Positions 55,487 to 64,000 of a stretch of DNA of 64,000 nucleotides are shown piece by piece. Position numbers and translations under genes: made by a program. Positions within the stretch are counted from its first letter, which is position 1. Each line of letters starts with the position of its first letter. The notes under the pieces were generated by a model that saw only the letters and a list, made by a program, of their open reading frames with translations, was not told the origin of the DNA and searched no databases. Origin of the DNA: Macrostomum lignano (taxonomy: Eukaryota); the NCBI GenBank assembly GCA_002269645.1, contig NIVC01002309.1:1-64000 (forward strand). The letters run 5' to 3'.

Positions 55487-56162
55487 ACACACGGACAGAC
55501 ACAATGACAGACAGGCAGACTCTCTAAGACACACACACGGACAGACACAATGACAGACAGGCAGACTCTCTAAGACACACACATGGACAGACACAGTGAC
55601 AGACAGACAGACTCTCTAAGACACATGGACGGACACAATGACAGACAGGCAGACTCTCTAAGACACATCGACAGACACAATGACAGACAGGCAGACTCTC
55701 TAAGACACATGGGCAGACACAATGACAGACAGGCAGACTCTCTAAGACACATGGGCAGACACAATGACAGACAGGCAGACTCTCTAAGACACACACATGG
55801 ACAGACACAGTGACAGACAGACAGACTCTCTAAGACACATGGACGGACACAATGACAGACAGGCAGACTCTCTAAGACACACACATGGACAGACACAGTG
55901 ACAGACAGGCAGACTCTCTAAGACACATGGGCAGACACAATGACAGACAGGCAGACTCTCTAAGACACATGGACAGACACAATGACAGACAGGCAGACTC
56001 TCTAAGACACACACATGGACAGACACAGTGACAGACAGACAGACTCTCTAAGACACATGGACGGACACAATGACAGACAGGCAGACTCTCTAAGACACAT
56101 CGACAGACACAATGACAGACAGGCAGACTCTCTAAGACACATGGGCAGACACAATCACAGAC
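55487..56162. repeat. ~40-44-bp minisatellite (CTCTCTAAGACACATGGACAGACACAATGACAGACAGGCAGA)n
   Basis: About 16 units starting ~60 bp after the Ig-gene stop. Confidence 0.93.
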
Positions 56163-57332
56163 AATCTGCATTTCTGCAATTCTCACCAAACCATCCAATG
56201 GCTGCTTATATTGACAGTACATGTAACCGCATCAAACGTGTTAAATGCAGTTGGTAGGCAACACCAACTAAGTATTTAAACAAGGCGAGCTATATGCTAA
56301 ATTCAGACTTGGCTATAATTCAGTCAGTACTGACGCAGTATTGCATCACTATAAGAGCAAGTTTTTACTCGAGATTCTGGCTAGATTTTCCCTCACAGAT
56401 TCTGAGTACCCATTATCTTGAAAACATTATTGTCCAGTCCAACACAGAAAACGCGCTCTTTTAAACACCTTTTTTCCTACATGCAATAGTTTATTGTGAT
56501 TCAAAGAGCAAAAAAACATATCATTGACTTGAATCAATTACCCTCTCATCTCCGTTGCTTTTCTTGTATAATTAAGTTTTAATAACGAATGAAATTTGAC
56601 ACTTTTTTTGCTTTTAATTGTAGCTCATATCGTAGTATGTTTAATTGTTTTTGTTTTATTCTGCGATTAGATGCATTATAATTATGCTTAGATAAATTTA
56701 TAGCCGGCTGCATTATGTTGAAATTAGTTTGTAGCCTATTATAATATTTAATTTGTTTCATAACTGTTTTTTGCTCCTGCTGACATGATTTCAGCAGGCT
56801 TCTCCGGTTGCGCCGTGGACACCTGAAATGGAAAAACGTGCCACGTGCCACAGGGCGAGAAAAAGAGCTAGATGACAGTGGAAAGGAGAGAAAGTAAGAG
56901 GAGAGGTAAAGTGGAGATCAGAGAAGAGATGAGATGAGATATGGGATCAGAGAAGAGAATAGAGAGAAGAGGGGAAAGAAAAGAGAAGAGAATTTGAGCG
57001 GGCCGGATTGCTATTGTGAAGTTTCAAAGGACCCGAGGGCCGTATAGAGAGGGCTTCGCGGGCTAGATCGTTGGCAACTATATAAATGCCTTACCAGCCT
57101 CTTGCTCATTTCTGAGAAATCGAATGTTCAGCGTCCTACTATACTTTCTTTGTTCACGGTTTGCGCCCATTCGACTAAGCTAACGACGGGCGAAATATGT
57201 ATGACCTGTTTTGATTGTTATATGACTAAAATTTCCATATTTCTTGGTGTTTAATCTCTTGAAACTTCATTAACAGTGACAATGACAAGCCGCTTTTTAG
57301 ACTTGGTGAGTATGTCCAGACGTTCACCAGAT

Positions 57333-57808
57333 TGCCGTGGGAATAGATTGTCATGGGAATAGATTGTCATGGGAATAGATTGTCATGGGAATAGATTGTC
57401 ATGGGAATAGATTGTCATGGGAATATATTGTCATGGGAATAGATTGTCATGGGAATAGACTGTCATGGGAATAGATTGTCATGGGAATAGATTGTCATGA
57501 GAATAGATTTTCATGAGAATAGATTGTCATGGGAATAGATTATCATGGGAATAGATTGTCATGGGAATAGATTGTCATGGGAATAGATTGTCACGGGAAT
57601 AGATTGTCATGGGAATAGATTGTCATGGGAATAGATTGTCATAGGAATAGATTGTCATGGAAATAGATTGTCATGGGAATAGATTATCATGGGAATAGAT
57701 TGTCATGGGAATAGATTGTCATGGGAATAGATTGTCATGAGAATAGATTGTCATGTGAATAGATTGTCATGGGAATAGATTGTCATAGGAATAAATTTTC
57801 ATGGGATA
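57333..57808. repeat. 16-bp minisatellite (ATAGATTGTCATGGGA)n, copy 2
   Basis: Same unit and orientation as the 51487 array, about 30 units. Confidence 0.95.
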
Positions 57809-58262
57809 CAGGTGCTGTCTCTCTTTTAAAGCAACGATATGCCTATTTTAAAGGGCTTAATCTCCAGTGCCATTGCTGGAGTCGAATGCGGTTTTCTACC
57901 GATAAAATTTACAAAGTTTCCAAAGGTTTTCCGTCAGTTTGCAGCGGAGCCTATAGATTAGAGCGTAGAGTAGTGTCCTGAATGGTAGTCAATTGAAATA
58001 GTAACCCTTTTAAGTCGTTTAAAATAAATATTTTGTTGCACTTCCAGTCCAAATGCAAATAATTAGAAGTCCATGGGCTGTAGGCTTGTAAGCCCTATTC
58101 ATGTATTATAGTCTATGGTAGTTTAAACAATTACCAAACTTTAAAATACAGTTATCTAATGCGCATGAAGGCCCTGTGAAAGCTTTATTTTGCTGTTTTG
58201 CTTGAGCTAATTTAGAATCACTTCATCACAAGATAATTAACTAGCCGGTTACCAGAGCAACA

Positions 58263-59365
58263 ATGAGCTTTCATCAGTACCCGAGCGGCCTAAGACAGAG
58301 GCGCAGTGTCCAACCAATGCCATCCGACACAGCCGAGTTCACTGGCAATCATAATAGCATTGACGAGCGCACAATACTGAAGCTATTCGGCAGACCGACT
58401 TTGTCCAGCTGTATGTATCGGGCTAGCGACTTTTTGAGCTTCCTGTACCAGTGCCTGACCAGCATTGGACCCAAGCTGTTTATTGTGATCGCATTTCCAG
58501 CTGCAATTGTCTTCTTTGTCGCGTACGCTACTGAAAGATTCAACGCACTGATGGGCACTGACAAGCCAAACAATCAAAAAGTGTTGCAATTCAACTTTAT
58601 TGTCATCTGCAGCTGTTACTCGCTCATCTTCTTCGTTGTGGCCGTGGACTATTATAAGATTCTTAGTATTTCTCGAACCGCCATCGCGATCCGGAGGCAG
58701 CAGCACAGCCAGCAGAAGGCCATTGCGGCGGAGACCGTTTCCGAGAGCCGGCACAAGATCACAACGCAGGAGTTGCATAAAATAGCAGTGCATGGTCAAA
58801 TTGTCAATGAAACACCAGAATTAAACGATGGAGATGCAGAAGAGCCGAATTATGCTACTTCAAGTAGGCTGACTGTTGATAGAGAAGCGGAATTGCAAAG
58901 CAATTCAGCCGTGCAGCCTATCTCTGAGCAGCGGTCCAACAGTGAGGAATTGTCCACCTGGTGGGGTTCCTACTCTATACTCAGGCTGAATCTGCACTGC
59001 TTCATCTATCAGGTTAAAAGTACATTCAAGCTGATGCTCAGTCCAAACAGGCGGAGAAAAAACAGTCACAGGCGCCGCCGAACTCACGGACTGAACCATT
59101 ACCTGCTGCAGCTGGTCAAGGGCAACTTCGCAAGGCTATCGATCGGCCTCATACTGCTCGTCATCGCGAGTTGTACGCTGGTTGGCTTAAAAAAATTTCA
59201 CAACCGGCCGGCAAAGTCGCAGCGTTCCGATTGGCTGATTAAAAGAGCATGGTGGAACGGCTCACTGGCTGGGTACCTAACGCTGCACTTTGTCACGCTG
59301 ATTGCCGTGGCAGCTGTTGTCTCAAAAACTCCATCGAAGATTAATATACTCCGGATTATTAGCAG
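58263..59365 (+). CDS. Membrane protein coding exon 1
   Basis: Long non-repetitive ORF. ATG follows an in-frame TAG at 58242. About 4 hydrophobic segments and a long hydrophilic loop. Confidence 0.8.
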
Positions 59366-61684
59366 GTTAATAATATTATTATTATTCCCAGGAAGCTATA
59401 GGGTTGCGGGGCACCCTGATGCAACGCCTTCGGCGACATCGGTCCCACAACCAGCGCTGACGGAAATTCTGCCCATTCCACTGACTCCTGAGCACATTCA
59501 AGCGCGCCAACACTGTACTCAGAGTACGCACTCATTCACACGCTCACACAGGGTGTATAGCGGCCCATTGACTTTCTAATCGTCAAACATGTACACTCTC
59601 TGTGCTTTAGGGATTGGTCCTCATGGGTGTGGATCGTACGACAACCCCTTGGCCAGTGTCGTGACGTGACGTGCGTCGCCAGAGAGTCAGACGTATTTAC
59701 CACTGAGCTGCTCCATCCACTCTGCATTACAGGTGGCTACTGGCTCTGGTAGCATGCATCACTATAAAACTGGCTGTACTACCGGAAATGCACCCGGTGC
59801 CAAAGTGTACCTCGGTGGAAAAAGTTGACAATGGATTTTTTGCCGTGTTTACCGACTTGGAGACCTACATTGACACTCCGGTAATCAACTCTATCGGCGT
59901 TTCGAGGCCTAAGGTGCTTTTTCTACTAGGCAGTTTAGTGACAGCCATCACCGCGGCATTCCTGTACCAGCTGACTGTTCTGCAGATGGCAATCGGCAGT
60001 GTTGGTACAACATTTGAGTTTCTACTGGGCGTGAGTCCTATTGAAGGAGCTGCGTTATTGCTGAATCTCTTTGCTACTCAGACAAATTTTCTACTGTTGT
60101 TTATGCCTTTTCTGGCCAAGATGAGCGAGTCGGAGCTGTTCTGCATTCTGGTTCTCATGCTGGTGAAAACACCTAGCGAAGATGACGAGTACTGGACTTA
60201 CAAGGGCGCCTCTATGTCTGTTGAAAATCCTTCATACTTCAATAGGAAAGTACACGTAAGCTGATTCAGTAAAGCATCATTTTATGGGGATTCGAAAATC
60301 AAGGGAAAGTGGAGAGGCAGATTCAACGACTCGGAGAGAACAGAGAAGCTAGATTTAAGAACTAGGAGAGAACGGAGAGGCAGATTTGAGGACTAGGAGA
60401 GAACGGAGAGGCAGTTTCAACGACTAGGAGGGAGTTGAGAGGCAGATTCAACGACTAGGAGGGAGTGGAGACTGGAGAGGCAGATTCAACGACTAGGAGG
60501 GAGTGGAGACTGGAGAGGCAGATTCAACGACTAGGAGGGAGTGGAGAGGCAGATTCAACGACAACGAAAGAGAACGGAGAGGCAGTTTCAACGACTAGGA
60601 GTGGAGAGGCAGTTTCAACGACTAGGAGGGAGTGGAGACTGGAGAGGCAGTTTCAACGACTAGGAGTGGAGAGGCAGTTTCAACGACTAGGAGTGGAGAG
60701 GCAGTTTCAACGACTAGGAGGGAGTGGAGAGGCAGTTTCAACGACTAGGAGTGGAGAGGCAGTTTCAACGACTAGGAGGGAGTGGAGAGGCAGTTTCAAC
60801 GACTAGGAGAGAGTGGAGAAGCAGATTCAACTAACCTAATGAAGACAGCAACCAATGTCAACTCTCAGGTAACAACCCAGTCCACCTATACGCCTCAACG
60901 CCTTGCCGTGCGCAGTCTGCTAATATTTCCGTTAATAACTCTATTCTGCCGAGTGCTATACCCGTCCGGAGGCAAGATCAGCGCGCGTTCGTCGCAATTT
61001 CGCCAACTGAGCTCTATGAAAGATAGTCGACCGTTTGCATCGATGGGCGAGAGCCTCTTATTCTTTGTCTCGTACTGTCTGAGATCTCTATGCCGCTATT
61101 TCGTCATGATTATGTTCTTCCACTGCGTCGAATATTTATTCCGTTTTGTTGGCAATTCTATCGACTTCGAAATTGGATATAGGAACAAAACCGAATCGGC
61201 TGTTCTAGAGCTAAGCGGTGCGTTTATATCGCCGCTAACAGACTTAACCGAATTCTACCCGTCGAAAGGCTACAGGCTCAGCGGTTACATTGTTAGAAAG
61301 TTCTTCTATCCGAAGACTTCGTTTCAAAGCATATTCGTGCTGGACGACTATTTAAGAATGAACCGACTGCCAGATCCCTACCTGGACGAATATCACGAGT
61401 TAAGCGCGCCGATAAAAGAGATTGTAGTGTCCGGCTCGTTCAGTTGGGACACTATTATCATATTCGTAGCATTTACCACAGATTTTTTAACCAAAGATCG
61501 CAAGACTTCCATTGGTTTCATAATCAGAGGCTGCTTAACCGCCGTGTTAATCTATGCTGCTATGCAAAATCTTCTCTATTTGACCTGCGACGATGCCAGT
61601 CTAAAGAAGCTCTACAATATCAGTAGCGAGTGGATTAAAACAATTGATAGGTCTGCAAGTTTACCCATTCGCGAGTGTTCATAG
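58263..61684 (+). CDS. Unrecognised multi-pass membrane protein, whole gene: join(58263..59365,59733..60255,60869..61684), ~813 aa
   Basis: Donor AG|GTTAAT 59366 and acceptor ATTACAG|59733 join as IIS-R-WLLALV. Donor CAC|GTAAGC 60256 and acceptor CTCTCAG|60869 (60881 is also in phase). Total 2442 nt is divisible by 3. About 10-12 hydrophobic segments by eye. Confidence 0.75.
59733..60255 (+). CDS. Membrane protein coding exon 2
   Basis: Frame is open from the acceptor, upstream of the ORF-track ATG at 59788. About 3-4 hydrophobic segments. Confidence 0.78.
60308..60830. repeat. Variable-length purine-rich minisatellite (GGAGAGGCAGTTTCAACGACTAGGA...)n
   Basis: About 17 units filling intron 2 of the membrane-protein gene. 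Confidence 0.9.
60869..61684 (+). CDS. Membrane protein coding exon 3 (stop TAG)
   Basis: Non-repetitive part of ORF 60782..61684. About 4 hydrophobic segments. Confidence 0.78.
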   Translation, partial: VTTQSTYTPQRLAVRSLLIFPLITLFCRVLYPSGGKISARSSQFRQLSSMKDSRPFASMGESLLFFVSYCLRSLCRYFVMIMFFHCVEYLFRFVGNSIDFEIGYRNKTESAVLELSGAFISPLTDLTEFYPSKGYRLSGYIVRKFFYPKTSFQSIFVLDDYLRMNRLPDPYLDEYHELSAPIKEIVVSGSFSWDTIIIFVAFTTDFLTKDRKTSIGFIIRGCLTAVLIYAAMQNLLYLTCDDASLKKLYNISSEWIKTIDRSASLPIRECS

Positions 61685-64000
61685 GATGCCTTTGTGAACT
61701 GTTACAGAAAAATCTTATAATTTGTTATTACGACAGTTGTGCCTGTTTCTGATGAGTTAATAAGACTATATGGTTTTAAAACTTTATTTGAAGAGACTGT
61801 TAACTTACTTTCCTGGTTATAGAACCTTTGCAGAAGACTTATTTCACGGGGCGCGAAAGTTTTTCTCTAGAATTTTAGGGGTTTACCAAGGTAACTTTCT
61901 TGAGTTCAATTCACGATAATTTATATCGCGTAAAGGGCGACTTGTCGAAACGAATGAATGATTTTTGTCGATTTATGACAATCTATATAACTAGGCAAGT
62001 ATAATAAGTGAAATAAAGAGCTAAAAAGAAGTCAATAATCAAATTTTTATGCAGTTGTCTGTGAATTTGGACAATGACAACAACATTTATATGCCAGATA
62101 TTTATTTATAACAGAAGACAATTGCCGACTGGCATTCTATACAGGCTAGTGCTTTCTCGATAAAAATTTCATATTTGAGAACTATGCATATTATGTCAGA
62201 GAAGCAAGAATGTTAGACAAAAAATGAATTTAATTATGTGGAGTCTAATTAATAAACAACAAATTAAAAAACAGGTCTCAACAAAAAGCACACAAATGCT
62301 CTGTGCAGACTCGATTTCTACAAGGCGTTGTGTGGCAATTTAAGATTCTGTACTTTAAATAAATCAGATTCTGCTGCAGTCTCTGCGACAGTCAAAAGTA
62401 CATGAGGGACTTTTTGTATTGTACTCGTAATAATAATAACAAAATCACAGGTGAATCGATTACTTTATTTATTACCAGTAGTGATGAAATTCCGACTGAA
62501 TGAATTTGAACATTGTTTTACAAAAATCTATTTTTAAATAAAATGTTTTTGAGAATACAGAGATGAACTTTCTGCTGCAATGCATTTCTTGGGCATTCAA
62601 TTATAAAAAAAGAATATATATTTAATGTAGCACAAGACAAGATCCGGGAAGGCACACTGTGAATTGCGCTGCACGACAAAGTGACACCAGACATTCAATT
62701 CAGATTTTAAGTTGACAACAAAAATGTTTTTTATGTTTTATAAGTTGATTTATAAACAGAGATAAGTACATTTTGATACTGTCACACGATCACAGCCGAA
62801 ATCGAAATATTTAATATACAGTACAAATTTGAATGAAATACATTTTAATAGGTTGCACGCAAAGCACAATTAATTGCTTACGCATATTTTCTTAGTACAT
62901 AAAGAAAGGTAAGTGCAATTTATTTCATTGCTAATTATATTTCATACTATAATCAAATTTAAAAAATTACATATGCATAACTTATGTTATAAGTGCAGAC
63001 AAGTGTTTGTTTAAGCCGTTTATCAAAAATATGGATTTAAATTTAAGTAAGCATCGACGAAATCAATTATGAGCACGCAATAATTAAAAAATCAATATTT
63101 TACCTTTTTCATTTTATTGAAACTGTTCCGAAATTATTAGATTTTTTGCGCAAGGACAACGTATATAAAGGACGCGACACTCACGTTTCATGGAAAAAGT
63201 TTTGAAGGCCGATAGCAGATAGCAGAAAATACACTACGGAGATAGGAAGTTTTCTTGTTTTTCATATTAAAATTGTTAGTGCTTTCGATATGAGGCAGAC
63301 CCAATGTTCATATTTTGAAATGTTGTGCCTTTTTTATAGCTTTATTGATATTAATAAAGCTTCTCATCCAGAAAATTAGGATTCTATGTTAATTTCTGAC
63401 TCTATGTACATTTCCTGTACCTAAAAATCATAAAAATGCATGGCACAGCTCCAATCTATGGTTTTATCAATCCATTTTATCAACTCCGTCACGCATTGTT
63501 ACACAGTCAGCTGAGAATGATAAAATAGACTCATAAAACCAATGAGCCGATTCGTGCCATTTTTAATGGTTTTTAGGCGCAGGACATGCAATTGTATATA
63601 GATCAATAAGAAATTAACTCAGAATCCTAATTTTCTAAACGAAAAGCTCCATGAATATCAATAGAGCTATAAGGAAGGCACAACTAACATATAAAAGATG
63701 AACACTGTGTCTGCCTCCTATCGAAAGCAATAACAATTTTTGTGATGAAAGACGCGAAAAGTTTCTATCTCCGTAGTGTATTTTTCGGCGAAAAGTGGCC
63801 TTCAAAACGTTTTCCTATAGATTTAGAGTGTTGCGTCCTTTTACTTTAGTAGTCCTTGTTTTTGCGATTTTGATTTTTTCAAATGTTAAGACATTTTCCA
63901 GCACAGTAATTCAATGATAAATATCGTGAAGATGGATTTTGTCAGAGATTCTTTAAAACTTTAGAATCCTCGAACCGCAACAGCAGCAGCAGCAAGCGGT

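Noticed and set aside
56995-57085. GCGGGCC-containing stretch reminiscent of hAT/MITE subterminal motifs
   Set aside because: No paired terminal inverted repeat or target-site duplication could be found.
59366-59579. C-terminal part of ORF 58263..59579 as coding sequence
   Set aside because: It follows a donor at 59366 that splices in phase to 59733, so it is best read as intron read-through. A 26-nt mini-intron alternative gives an immediate stop.
61700-64000. AT-rich unique tail region with a TATA-like GTATATAAAGG near 63160
   Set aside because: No ORF, splice chain or repeat structure supports a feature. It is probably UTR or intergenic sequence.

Overview
Eukaryotic (invertebrate animal) genomic DNA, not prokaryotic. 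By my rough tally about half the window is tandem repeat (over 30 arrays with 4-64 bp units, including one ~13.9 kb satellite), a texture that resembles flatworms such as Macrostomum (inference only). Three spliced + strand genes can be assembled by hand with GT-AG introns and consistent phases. (1) A mitochondrial-type methionyl-tRNA synthetase (MARS2; 4 exons, 982-4358; HIGH and KMSKS motifs) whose exon 2 needs three single-base insertions to read through, probably consensus errors. (2) A nephrin/Sns/SYG-2-like Ig-superfamily adhesion receptor (12 exons, 11560-55426, ~1326 aa: signal peptide, ~9-10 Ig domains, FN3, TM, tail ending in a PDZ-type motif). (3) An unrecognised ~813 aa multi-pass membrane protein (3 coding exons, 58263-61684). 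Three copies of a tRNA-derived CORE-type SINE lie in introns 4 and 8 of the Ig gene, two forming a tail-to-tail inverted repeat. Most notable signals: a minisatellite flanked by a 27-bp direct duplication that copies a splice donor, same-family arrays at several sites, recurrent CpG<->TpG/CpA variants across independent arrays, an inverted-SINE layout that could drive exon circularisation, and a candidate 55-aa minus-strand microprotein gene. No CRISPR array, rRNA or true tRNA gene was seen. Repeat boundaries are approximate.
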